Shown here: piece by piece, positions 46,101-62,300 of the stretch
Numbering within the stretch: the first letter of the stretch is position 1
How the letters are laid out: every line of letters starts with the position of its first letter
DNA from: the human T2T-CHM13v2.0 reference genome, Homo sapiens
Length of the DNA: 64,000 bases
Assembly: GCF_009914755.1 (NCBI RefSeq)
Contig: NC_060927.1
Reading direction: 5' to 3' (one strand)
Notes under the pieces: generated by a model
The model's database searches: none
Told to the model about the DNA's origin: nothing
The model's input: only the letters and a program-made list of their open reading frames with translations
Made by a program: the position numbers and the translations under genes

Positions 46101-48060
46101 ATATTCTATACTGTACAAAAAATATCAAAGTACCCAAAGCATGTATTATATACTGTACATAAAATATGAAAGTACATCAAATATATATTTTATTCTGTAC
46201 ATAAAATATCAAAGTACACCAAATATATATTCTATAGTGCACATAAAATATCAAATTACCCATACTATACATTATATACTGTACATAAAATATGAAATTA
46301 CATAAAACGATATTATATTAGGTACATAAAATATGAAAGTACATCAAATATACATTATATACTGTACATAAAATATCAAAGTACCCCAAATATATATTAT
46401 ATACTGTATATGAAATATCAAAGTTCACAAACTATATATTATATACTGTACATAAAATAACAAAGTACCCAACGTATATATTCTATACTGTACAAAAAAT
46501 ATCAAAGTACCCAAAGCATGTATTATATAATGTACATAAAATAAGAAAGTACATCAAATATATATTTTTTTCTGTACAAAAAATATCAAAGTACACCAAA
46601 TATACATTCTATAGTGTACATAAAATATCAAATTACCCATACTATACATTATATACTGTACATAAAATATGAAATTACATCAAATATATATTATATTAGG
46701 TACATAAAATATGAAAGTACATCAAATATAGATTATATACTGTACATAAAATACCAAAGTACCCCAGATATATATTTTATACTGTACATGAAATATCAAA
46801 GTTCACAAACTATATATTATATACTGTACATAAAATATCAAAGTACCCAAGGTATATATTCTATACTGTACAAAAAATATCAAAGTACCCAAAGCATGTA
46901 TTATATACTGTACATAAAATATGAAAGTACATCAAATATATATTTTATTCTGTACATAAGATATCAAAGTACACCAAATATATATTCTATAGTGTACATA
47001 AAATATCAAAGTACCAAAACTATACATTATATACTGTACATAAAATATGAAATTACATCAAATATATATTATATTAGGTACATAAAATATTAAAGTTCAT
47101 CAAATATAGATTATATACTGTACATAAAATACCAAAGTACCCCAAATATATATTTTATACTGTACATGTAATATCAAAGTTCACAAACTATATAGTATAT
47201 ACTGTACATAAAATATCAAAGTACCCAAGGTATATATTCTATACTGTGCAAAAAATATCAAAGTACCCAAAGCATGTATTATATACTGTACATAAAATAT
47301 TAAAGTACTTCAAATATATATTTTATTCTGTACATAAGATATCAAAGTAAACCGAATATATATTCTATACTGTACATAAAATATCAAAGTACCCAAACTA
47401 TACATTATATACTGTACATAAAATATGAAATTACATTAAAATATATTAAATTAGGTACATAAAATATGAAAGTACATCAAATATAGATTATATACTGTAC
47501 ATAAAATATCAAAGTACCCCAAATATATATTATATACTGTACATGAAATATCAAATTTCACAAACGATATTTTATATACTGTACATAAAATATGAATATA
47601 CCCAAGGTACATATTCTATACTGTACAAAAAATATCAAAGTACCCAAACCATGTATTATATACTGTACATAAAATATGAAATTACATCAAATATATATTT
47701 TATTCTGTACATAAATTTTCAAAGTACACCGAATATATATTCTATAGTGTACATAAAATATCAAAATACCTAAACTATACATTATATACTGTACATAAAA
47801 TATGAAATTAAATCAAATATATATTATATTAGGTACATAAAATATGAAAGTACATCAAATATAGATTATATGCTGAACAATAAATATCAAAGTACCCCAA
47901 ATATATATTATATGCTGTACATGAAATATCAAAGTTCACAAACTATATATTATATACTGTACATAAAATATCAAAGTACCCAAGGTATATATTCTATACT
48001 GCACAAAAAATATCAAAGTACCCAAAGCATGTATTATATACTGTACATAAAATATGAAAG
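43100..48060 (+). repeat. HSat1A variant domain II (second block): divergent canonical 9-mers
   Basis: PNIYS-type m5, TATGAATATACCC, TAAGATATCAAAGTAAACC, ACTATATAGTATAT and CTGTCCATAA variants are shared with 1.9-4.7 kb. Confidence 0.75.
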
Positions 48061-50350
48061 TACATCAATTATATATTTTATTCTGTACATAAAATAAGAA
48101 AGTACACCAGATATATATTTTATAGCGTACATAAAATATCAAAATACCCAAACTATACATTACATACTGTATATAAAATATGAAATTACATCAAATATAT
48201 ATTATATTAGGAACATAAAATATGAAAGTACATCAAATATAGATTATTAACTGTACATAAAATATCAAAGAACCCCAAATATATATTATATACTGTACAT
48301 GAGATATCAAACTTCACAAACTATATATTATATACTGTACATAAAATATCAAAGTACCCAAGGTATATATTATATACTGTACAAAAAATATCAAAGTACC
48401 CAAAGCATGTATTATATACTGTACATAAAAGATGAAAGTACATCAAATATATATTTAATTCTGTACATAAAATATCAATGTACACCAGATATATATTTTA
48501 TAGTGTACATAAAATATCAATGTACCCAAACTATACATTATATACTGTACATAAAATATGAAATTACATCAAATATATATTATATTAGGTACCTAAAATA
48601 TGAAAGTACATCAAATATAGATTATTAACTGTACATAAAATATCAAAGAACCCCAAATATATATTATATACTGTACATGAAATATCAAAGTTCACAAACT
48701 ATATATTATATACTGTACATAAAATATCAAAGTACCCAAGGTATATATTCTATACTATACAAAAAATATCAAAGTACCCAAAGCATGTATTATATACTGC
48801 ACATAAAATATGAAAGTACATCAAATATATATTTTATTCTGTACATAAAATATCAAAGTACACCACATATATATTTTATTGTGTACATAAAATATCAAAG
48901 TACACAAACTATACATTATATACTGTACATAAAATATGAAATTACATCAAATATTTATTATATTATGTACATAAAATATGAACGTACATCAAATATAGAT
49001 TATTAACTGTACATAAAATATCAAAGTACCCCAAATATATATTATATAGTGTACATGAAATATCAAAGTTCACAAACTATATATTATATACTGTACATAA
49101 AATATCAAAGTACCCAAGGTATATATTCTATACTGTACAAAAAATATCAAAGTACCCAAAGCATGTATTATTTACTGTACATAAAAGATGAAAGTACATC
49201 AAATATATATTTAATTCTGTACATAAAATATCAATGTACACGAGATATATATTTTATAGAGTACATAAAATATCAAAATACCCAAACTATACATTATATA
49301 CTGTACATAAAATATGTAATTACATCAAATATATATTATATTAGGTACCTAAAATATGAAAGTACATCAAATATAGATTATTAACTGTACATAAAATATC
49401 AAAGAACCCCAAATATATATTATATACTGTATATGAAATATCAAAGTTCACAAACTATATATTATATACTGTACATAAAATATCAAAGTACCCAAGGTAT
49501 ATATTCTATACTGTACAAAAAATATCAAAGTACCCTAAGCATGTATTATATACTATACATAAAATATGAAAGTACATCAAATATATATTTTATTCTGTAC
49601 ATAAAATATCAAAGTACACCACATATATATTTTCTAGTGTACATAAAATATCAAAGTACCCAAACTATACATTATATACTGTACATAAAATATGAAATTA
49701 CATCAAATATATATTATATTAGGTACATAAAATATGAAAGTACATCAAATATAGATTATTAACTGTACATAAAATATCAAAGTAACCCAAATATATATTA
49801 TATACTCTACATGAAATATCAAAGTTCACAAACTATATATTATATACTGTACATAAAATATCAAAGTACCCAAGGTATATAATCTATACTGCACAAAAAA
49901 ATATCAAAATAACCAAAGCATGTATTATATACTGCACATAAAATATGAAAGTACATCAAATATATATATTATTCTGTACATAAAATATCAAAGTACACCA
50001 GATATATATTTTATAGTGTACATAAAATATCAAAGTACACAAACTATACATTATATACTGTACATAAAATATGAAATTACATCAAATATATATTATATTA
50101 GGTACATAAAATATGAAAGTACATCAAATATAGATTATATACTGTACATAAAATATAAAAGTACCCAAAATATATATTATATACTGTACATGAAATATCA
50201 AAATACACAAACTATATATTATATACTGTACAAAAAATATCAAAGTACCCAAAGCAAGTATTATATACTGTACATAAAAGATGAAAGTACATCAAATATA
50301 TATTTTATTCTGTACATAAAATATCAAAGTACACCAGATATATATTTTAT
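48060..50350 (+). repeat. HSat1A variant domain III (second block): GATTATTAACTG-type 9-mers ending in an 8-mer
   Basis: Five successive units with GATTATTAACTG (near 48242, 48620, 48998, 49376, 49754; four of them are ORF ends at 48628, 49006, 49384, 49762). ATGAGATATCAAACTTC at 48299. 8-mer with GCAAG/AAAGATG at ~50190-50290. Confidence 0.75.
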
Positions 50351-53300
50351 AGTGTACATAAAACATCAAGGTACACAAATATACATTATATACTGTACAT
50401 AAAATATCAAAGTACCCAAGGTATATATTCTATACTGTACAAAAAATATCAAAGTACCCAAAGCATGTATTATATACTGTACATAAAATATGAAAGTACA
50501 TCAAATATATATTTTATTCTGTACATAAAATAACAAAGTACACCAGATAAATATTTTGTAGTGTACATAAAATATCAAAGTACCCAAACTATACATTACA
50601 TACTGTACATAAAATATGAAATTACATCAAATATATATTATATTAGGTACGTAAAATATGAAAGTACATCAAATATAAATTATATACTGTACATAATATA
50701 TAAAAGAACCCCAACAATATATTATATACTGTACATGAAATATCAAAATACACAAACTATATATTATATACTGTACATAAAATATCAAAGTACCCAAGGT
50801 ATATATTCTATACTGTACAAAAAATATCAAAGTACCCAAAGCATGTATTATATACTGTACATAAAATATGAAAGTACATCGAATATATATTTTATTCTGT
50901 ACATAAAATATCAAAGTACACCAGATATATATTTTATAGTGTACATAAAATATCAAGGTACCAAACTATACATTATATACTGTACAAAAAATATGGAATT
51001 ACATCAAATATATATTATATTAGGTACGTAAAATATGAAAGTACATCAAATATAAATTATATACTGTACATAATATATAAAAGAACCCCAACTATATATT
51101 ATATACTGTACATGAAATATCAAAATACACAAACTATATATTATATACTGTACATAAAATATCAAAGTAACCAACGTATATATTCTATACTGTACAAAAA
51201 ATATCAAAGTACCCAAAGCATGTATTATATACTGTACATAAAATATGAAAGTACATCAAATATATATTTTATTCTGTACATAAAATAACAAAGTACACCA
51301 GATATATATTTTATAGTGTACATAAAATATGAAATTACCCAAACTATACATTACATACTGTACATAAAATATGGAATTACATCAAATATATATTATATTA
51401 GGTATGCAAAATATGAAAGTACATCAAATATAGATTATATACCATACATAAAATATAAAGGAACCCCAAATATATACGATATACTGTACATGAAATATCA
51501 AAGTTCACAAACTATATATTATATACTGTAGATAAAATATCAAAGTACCCAAGGTATATATTCTATACTGTAAAAAAATATCAAAGTACCCAAAGCATGT
51601 ATTATATACTGTACATAAAATATGAAAGCACATCAAATATATATTATATTAGGTACATAAAATATGAAAGTACATAAAATATAGATGATATACTGTACAT
51701 AAAATATCAAAGTAGCCCAAATATATATTATACAGTGTACATGAAATATCAAAATTTACAAAATATATATTATATAATGTACATAAAATATCAAAGTACC
51801 CAAAGCAAGTATTATATACTGTACATAAAAGATGAAAGTACATCAAATATATATTTTATTCTGTACATAAAATATCAAAGTACACCAGATATATATTTTA
51901 TAGTGTACATAAAATATCAAGGTACCCAAACTATACATTATATACTGTACATAAAATATGGAATTACATCAAATATATATTATATTAGGTACGTAAAATA
52001 TGAAAGTACATCAAATATAAATTATATACTGTACATAATATATAAAAGAACCCCAACTATATATTATATACTGTACATGAAATATCAAAATACACAAACT
52101 ATATATTATATACTGTACATAAAATATCAAAGTACCCAAGGTATATATTCTATACTGTACAAAAAATATCAAAGTACCCAAAGCATGTATTATATACTGT
52201 ACATAAAATATGAAAGTACATCAAATATATATTTTATTCTGTACATAAAATAACAAAGTACACCAGATATATATTTTATAGTGTACATAAAATATAAAGG
52301 TACCCAAACTATACATTATATACTGTACATAAAATATGGAATTACATCAAATATATATTATATTAGGTACGTAAAATATGTAAGTACATCAAATATAGAT
52401 TATATACCATACATAAAATATAAAGGAACCCCAAATATATATGATATAGTGTACATGAAATATCAAAGTTCACAAACTATATATTATATACTGTAGATAA
52501 AATATCAAAGTACCCAAGGTATATATTCTATACTGTAAACAAAATATCAAAGTACCCAAAGCATGTATTATATACTGTACATAAAATATGAAAGCACATC
52601 AAATATATATTATATTAGGTACATAAAATATGAAAGTACATAAAATATAGATGATATACTGTACATAAAATATCAAAGTAGCCCAAATCTATATTATACA
52701 GTGTACATGAAATATCAAAATTTACAAAATAGATATTATATAATGTATATAAAATATCAAAGTACCCAAAGCAAGTATTATATACTGTACATAAAAGATG
52801 AAAGTACATGAAATATATATTTTATTCTGTACATAAAATATCAAAGTACACCAGATATATATTTTATAGTGTACATAAAATATCAAGGTACCCAAACTAT
52901 ACATTATATACTGTACATAAAATATGAAATTACATCAAATATATATTATATTAGGTACGTAAAATATGAAAGTACATCAAATATAGATTATATACTGTAC
53001 ATAATATATAAAAGAACCCCAAATATATATTATATACTCTACATGAAATATCAAAATACTCAAACTATATAATATATACTGTACATAAAATATCAAAGTA
53101 CCCAAGGTATATATTCTATACTGTACAAAAAATATCAAAGTACCCAAAGCATGTATTATATACTGTACATAAAATATGAAAGTACATCAAATATATATTT
53201 TATTCTGTACATAAAATAACAAAGTACACCAGATATATATTTTATAGTGTACATAAAATATCAAAGTACCCAAACTATACATTACATACTGTACATAAAA

Positions 53301-56300
53301 TATGAAAGAACATCAATTATATATTATATTAGGTACGTAAAATATGAAAGTACATCAAATATAGATTATATACCATACATAAAATATAAAGGAACCCCAA
53401 ATATATATGATATACTGTACATGAATTATCAAAGTTCACAAACTATATATTATATACTGTAGATAAAATATCAAAGTACCCAAGGTATATATTCTATACT
53501 GTAAAAAAAATATCAAAGTACCCAAAGCATGTATTATATACTGTACATAAAATATGAAAGCACATCAAATATATATTATATTAGGTACATAAAATATGAA
53601 AGTACATAAAATATAGATGATATACGATACATAAAATATCAAAGTAGCCCAAATATATATTATACAGTGTACATGAAATATCAAAATTTACACAATATAT
53701 ATTATATAATATACCTAAAATATCAAAGTACCCAAAGCAAGTATTATATACTGTACATAAAAGATGAAAGTACATCAAATATATATTTTATTCTGTACAT
53801 AAAATATCAAAGTACACCAGATATATATTTTATAGTGTACATAAAATATCAAGGTACCCAAACTATACATTATATACTGTACAAAAAATATGGAATTACA
53901 TCAAATATATATTATATTAGGTACGTAAACTATGAAAGTACATCAAATATAGATTATATACCATACATAAAATATAAAGGAACCCCAAATATATATGATA
54001 TACTGTACATGAAATATCAAAGTTCACAAACTGTATATTATATACTGTAGATAAAATATCAAAGTACCCAAGGTATATATTCTATACTGTAAAAAAATAT
54101 CAAAGTACCCAAACATGTATTATATACTGTACATAAAATATGAAAGTACATCAAATATATATTTTATTCTGTACATAAAATAACAAAGTACACCAGATAT
54201 ATATTTTATAGTGTACATAAAATATGAAATTACCCAAACTATACATTACATACTGTACATAAAATATGGAATTACATCAAATATATATTATATTAGGTGC
54301 ATAAAATATGAAAGTACATCAAATATAGATTATATACCATACATAAAATATAAAGGAACCCCAAATATATATGATATACTGTACATGAAATATCAAAGTT
54401 CACAAACTATATATTATATACTGTAGATAAAATATCAAAGTACCCAAGGTATATATTCTATACTGTAAAAAAAATATCAAAGTACCCAAAGCATGTATTA
54501 TATACTGTACATAAAATATGAAAGCACATCAAATATATATTATATTAGGTACATAAAATATGAAAGTACATAAAATATAGATGATATACTGTACATAAAA
54601 TATCAAAGTAGCCCAAATATATATTATACAGTGTACATGAAATATCAAAATTTACAAAATATATATTATATAATGTACATAAAATATCAAAGTACCCAAA
54701 GCAAGTATTATATACTGTACATAAAAGATGAAAGTACATCAAATATATATTTTATTCTGTACATAAAATATCAAAGTACACCAGATATATATTTTATAGT
54801 GTACATAAAATATCAAGGTACCCAAACTATACATTATATACTGTACATAAAATATGGAATTACATCAAATATATATTATATTAGGTACGTAAAATATGAA
54901 AGTACATCAAATATAGATTATACACCATACATAAAATATAAAGGAACCCCAAATATATACGATATACTGTACATGAAATATCAAACTTCACAAAATATAT
55001 ATTATATACTGTAGATAAAATATCAAAGTACCCAAGGTATATATTCTATACTGTAAAAAAAATATCAAAGTACCCAAAGCATGTATTATATACTGTACAA
55101 AAAATATGAAAGCACATCAAATATATATTATATTAGGTACATAAAACATGAAAGTACATAAAATATAGATGATATACTGTACATAAAATATCAAAGTAGC
55201 CCAAATATATATTATACAGTGTACATGAAATATCAAAATTTACAAAATATATATTATATAATGTACATAAAATATCAAATACCCAAAGCAAGTATTATAT
55301 ACTGTACATAAGAGATGAAAGTACATCAAATATATATTTTATTCTGTACATAAAATATCAAAGTACACCAGATATATATTTTATAGTGTACATAAAATAT
55401 CAAAGTACCCAAACTATACATTACATACTGTACATAAAATATGAAATTACATCAAATATATATTATATTAGGTACGTAAAATATGAAAGTACATCAAATA
55501 TAGATTATATACAGTACATAATATATAAAAGAACCCCAACTATATATTATCTACTGTACATGAAATATCTAAATACACAAACTATATATTATACACTGTA
55601 CATAAAATATCAAAGTACCCAAGGTATATATTCTATACTGTACAAAAAATATCAAAGTACCCAAAGCATGTATTATATACTGTACATAAAATATGAAAGT
55701 ACACCAAATATATATTATATTAGGTACGTAAAATATGAAAGTACATCAAATATAGATTATATACCATACATAAAATATAAAGCAACCCCAAATATATACG
55801 ATATACTGTACATGAAATATCAAAGTTCACAAACTATATATTATATACTGTAGATAAAATATCAAAGTACCCAAGGTATATATTCTATACTGTAAAAAAA
55901 ATATCAAAGTACCCAAAGCATGTATTATATACTGTACATAAAATATGAAAGTACATCAAATATATATTTTATTCTGCACATAAAATAACAAAGTACACCA
56001 GATATATATTTTATAGTGTACATAAAATATGAAATTACCCAAACTATACATTACATACTATACATAAAATATGGAATTACATCAAATATATATTATATTA
56101 GGTACGTAAAATATGAAAGTACATCAGATATAGATTATATACCATACATAAAATATAAAGTAACCCCAAATATATATGATATACTGTACATGAAATATCA
56201 AAGTTCACAAACTATATATTATATACTGTAGATAAAATATCAAAGTTCCCAAGGTATATATACTATACTGTTAAAAAAATATCAAAGTACCCAAAGCATG

Positions 56301-59300
56301 TATTATATACTGTACATAAAATATGAAAGCACACCAAATATATATTATAGTAGGTACATAAAATATGAAAGTACATAAAATATAGATGATATACTGTACA
56401 TAAAATATCAAAGTAGCCCAAATATACATTATACTGTGTACATGAAATATCAAAATTTACAAAATATATATTATATAATGTACATAAAATATCAAAGTAC
56501 CCAAAGCAAGTATTATATACTGTACATAAAAGATGAAAGTACATCAAATATATATTTTATTCTGTACATAAAATATCAAAGTACACCAGATATATATTTT
56601 ATAGTGTACATAAAATATCAAGGTACCCAAACTATACATTATATACTGTACATAAAATATGAAATTACATCAAATATATATTATATTAGGTACGTAAAAT
56701 ATGAAAGTACATCAAATATAGATTATATACTGTACATAATATATAAAAGAACCCCAACTATATATAATATACTGTACATGAAATATCAAAGTTCACAAAC
56801 TATATATTATATACTGTAGATAAAATATCAAAGTACCCAAGGTATATATTCTATACTGTAAAAAAAATATCAAAGTACCCAAAGCATGTATTATATACTG
56901 TACATAAAATATGAAAGTACATCAAATATATATTTTATTCTGTACATAAAATAACAAACTACACCAGATATATATTTTATAGTGTACATAAAATATGAAA
57001 TTACCCAAACTATACATTAGATACTGTACATAAAATATGGAATTACATCAAATATATATTATATTAGGTACGTAAAATATGAAAGTACATCAAATATACA
57101 TTATATACCATACATAAAATATAAAGGAACCCCAAATATATATGATATACTGTACATGAAATATCAAAGTTCACAAACTATATATTATATACTGTAGATA
57201 AAATATCAAAGTACCCAAGGTATATATTCTATACTGTACAAAAAATATCAAAGTACCCAAAGCATGTATTATATACTGTACATAAAATATGAAAGCACAT
57301 CAAATATATATTATATTAGGTACATAAAATATGAAAGTACATAAAATATAGATGATATACGATACATAAAATATCAAAGTAGCCCAAATATATATTATAC
57401 AGTGTACATGAAATATCAAAATTTACACAATATATATTATATAATATACCTAAAATATCAAAGTACCCAAAGCAAGTATTATATACTGTACATAAAAGAT
57501 GAAAGTACATCAAATATATATTTTATTCTGTACATAAAATATCAAAGTACACCAGATATATATTTTATAGTGTACATAAAATATCAAGGTACCCAAACTA
57601 TACATTATATACTGTACAAAAAATATGGAATTACATCAAATATATATTATATTAGGTACGTAAAATATGAAAGTACATCAAATATAGATTATATACCATA
57701 CATAAAATATAAAGGAACCCCAAATATATATGATATACTGTACATGAAATATCAAAGTTCACAAACTGTATATTATATACTGTAGATAAAATATCAAAGT
57801 ACCCAAGGTATATATTCTATACTGTAAAAAAATATCAAAGTACCCAAACATGTATTATATACTGTACATAAAACATGAAAGTACATCAAATATATATTTT
57901 ATTCTGTACATAAAATAACAAAGTACACCAGATATATATTTTATAGTGTACATAAAATATCAAAGTACCCAAACTATACATTACATACTGTACATAAAAT
58001 ATGGAATTACATCAAACATATATTATATTAGGTACGTAAAATATGAAAGTACATCAAATATAGATTATATACCAGACATAAAATATAAAGGAACCCCAAA
58101 TATATATGATATACTCTACATGAAATATCAAAGTTCACAAACTATATATTATATACTGTAGATAAAATATCAAAGTACCCAAGGTATATATTCTATATTG
58201 TAAAAAAAACATCAAAGTACCCAAAGCATGTATTATATACTGTACATAAAATATGAAAGCACATCAAATATATATTATATTAGGTACATAAAATATGAAA
58301 GTACATAAAATATAGATGATATACGATACATAAAATATCAAAGTAGCCCAAATATATATTATACAGTGTACATGAAATATCAAAATTTACACAATATATA
58401 TTATATAATATACCTAAAATATCAAAGTACCCAAAGCAAGTATTATATACTGTACATAAAAGATGAAAGTACATCAAATATATATTTTATTCTGTACATA
58501 AAATATCAAAGTACACCAGATATATATTTTATAGTGTACATAAAATATCAAGGTACCCAAACTATACATTATATACTGTACAAAAAATATGGAATTACAT
58601 CAAATATATATTATATTAGGTACGTAAACTATGAAAGTACATCAAATATAGATTATATACCATACATAAAATATAAAGGAACCCCAAATATATATGATAT
58701 ACTGTACATGAAATATCAAAGTTCACAAACTGTATATTATATACTGTAGATAAAATATCAAAGTACCCAAGGTATATATTCTATACTGTAAAAAAATATC
58801 AAAGTACCCAAACATGTATTATATACTGTACATAAAATATGAAAGTACATCAAATATATATTTTATTCTGTACATAAAATAACAAAGTACACCAGATATA
58901 TATTTTATAGTGTACATAAAATATGAAATTACCCAAACTATACATTACATACTGTACATAAAATATGGAATTACATCAAATATATATTATATTAGGTGCA
59001 TAAAATATGAAAGTACATCAAATATAGATTATATACCATACATAAAATATAAAGGAACCCCAAATATATATGATATACTGTACATGAAATATCAAAGTTC
59101 ACAAACTATATATTATATACTGTAGATAAAATATCAAAGTACCCAAGGTATATATTCTATACTGTAAAAAAAATATCAAAGTACCCAAAGCATGTATTAT
59201 ATACTGTACATAAAATATGAAAGCACATCAAATATATATTATATTAGGTACATAAAATATGAAAGTACATAAAATATAGATGATATACTGTACATAAAAT

Positions 59301-62300
59301 ATCAAAGTAGCCCAAATATATATTATACAGTGTACATGAAATATCAAAATTTACAAAATATATATTATATAATGTACATAAAATATCAAAGTACCCAAAG
59401 CAAGTATTATATACTGTACATAAAAGATGAAAGTACATGAAATATATATTTTATTCTGTACATAAAATATCAAAGTACACCAGATATATATTTTATAGTG
59501 TACATAAAATATCAAGGTACCCAAACTATACATTATATACTGTACATAAAATATGGAATTACATCAAATATATATTATATTAGGTACGTAAAATATGAAA
59601 GTACATCAAATATAGATTATATACCATACATAAAATATAAAGGAACCCCAAATATATATGATATAGTGTACATGAAATATCAAAGTTCACAAACTATATA
59701 TTATATACTGTAGATAAAATATCAAAGTACCCAAGGTATATATTCTATACTGTAAACAAAATATCAAAGTACCCAAAGCATGTATTATATACTGTACATA
59801 TAATATGAAAGCACATCAAATATATATTATATTAGGTACATAAAATATGAAAGTACATAAAATATAGATGATATACTGTACATAAAATATCAAAGTAGCC
59901 CAAATATATATTATACAGTGTACATGAAATATCAAAATTTACAAAATAGATATTATATAATGTATATAAAATATCAAAGTACCCAAAGCAAGTATTATAT
60001 ACTGTACATAAAAGATGAAAGTACATGAAATATATATTTTATTCTGTACATAAAATATCAAAGTACACCAGATATATATTTTATAGTGTACATAAAATAT
60101 CAAGGTACCCAAACTATACATTATATACTGTACATAAAATATGAAATTACATCAAATATATATTATATTAGGTACGTAAAATATGAAAGTACATCAAATA
60201 TAGATTATATACTGTACATAATATATAAAAGAACCCCAAATATATATTATATACTCTACATGAAATATCAAAATACTCAAACTATATATTATATACTGTA
60301 CATAAAATATCAAAGTACCCAAGGTATATATTCTGTACTGTACAAAAAATATCAAAGTACCCAAAGCATGTATTATATACTGTACATAAAATATGAAAGT
60401 ACATCAAATATATATTTTATTCTGTACATAAAATAACAAAGTACACCAGATATATATTTTATAGTGTACATAAAATATCAAAGTACGCAAACTATACATT
60501 ACATACTGTACATAAAATATGAAAGAACATCAAATATATATTATATTAGGTACGTAAAATATGAAAGTACATCAAATATAGATTATATACCATACATAAA
60601 ATATAAAGGAACCCCAAATATATATGATATACTGTACATGAAATATCAAATTTCACAAACTATATATTATATACTGTAGATAAAATATCAAAGTACCCAA
60701 GGTATATATTCTATACTGTAAAAAAAATATCAAAGTACCCAAAGCATGTATTATATACTGTACATAAAATATGAAAGTACATCAAATATATATTTTATTC
60801 TGTACATAAAATAACAAAGTACACCAGATATATATTTTATAGTGTACATAAAATATGAAATTACCCAAAGTATACATTACATACTGTACATAAAATATGG
60901 AATTACATCAAATATATATTATATTAGGTACGTAAAATATGAAAGTACATCAAATATAGATTATATACCATACATAAAATATAAAGGAACCCCAAATATA
61001 TATGATATACTGTACATGAAATATCAAAGTTCACAAACTATATATTATATACTGTAGATAAAATATCAAAGTACCCAAGGTATATATTCTATACTGTACA
61101 AAAAATATGAAAGTACCCAAAGCATGTATTATATACTGTACATAAAATATGAAAGTACATCAAATATATATTTTATTCTGTACATAAAATAACAAAGTAC
61201 ACCAGATATATATTTTATAGTGTACATAAAATATCAAAGTACCCAAACTATACATTACATACTGTACATAAAATATGGAATTACATCAAACATATATTAT
61301 ATTAGGTACGTAAAATATGAAAGTACATCAAATATAGATTATATACCAGACATAAAATATAAAGGAACCCCAAATATATATGATATACTCTACATGAAAT
61401 ATCAAAGTTCACAAACTATATATTATATACTGTAGATAAAATATCAAAGTACCCAATGTATATATTCTATACTGTAAAAAAAACATCAAAGTACCCAAAG
61501 CATGTATTATATACTGTACATAAAATATGAAAGCACATCAAATATATATTATATTAGGTACATAAAATATGAAAGTACATAAAATATAGATGATATACGA
61601 TACATAAAATATCAAAGTAGCCCAAATATATATTATACAGTGTACATGAAATATCAAAATTTACACAATATATATTATATAATATACCTAAAATATCAAA
61701 GTACCCAAAGCAAGTATTATATACTGTACATAAAAGATGAAAGTACATCAAATATATATTTTATTCTGTACATAAAATATCAAAGTACACCAGATATATA
61801 TTTTATAGTGTACATAAAATATCAAGGTACCCAAACTATACATTATATACTGTACAAAAAATATAGAATTACATCAAATATATATTATATTAGGTACGTA
61901 AAATATGAAAGTACATCAAATATAGATTATATACCATACATAAAATATAAAGGAACCCCAAATATATATGATATACTGTACATGAAATATCAAAGTTCAC
62001 AAACTGTATATTATATACTGTAGATAAAATATCAAAGTACCCAAGGTATATATTCTATACTGTAAAAAAATATCAAAGTACCCAAACATGTATTATATAC
62101 TGTACATAAAATATGAAAGTACATCAAATATATATTTTATTCTGTACATAAAATAACAAAGTACACCAGATATATATTTTATAGTGTACATAAAATATGA
62201 AATTACCCAAACTATACATTACATACTGTACATAAAATATGGAATTACATCAAATATATATTATATTAGGTGCATAAAATATGAAAGTACATCAAATATA

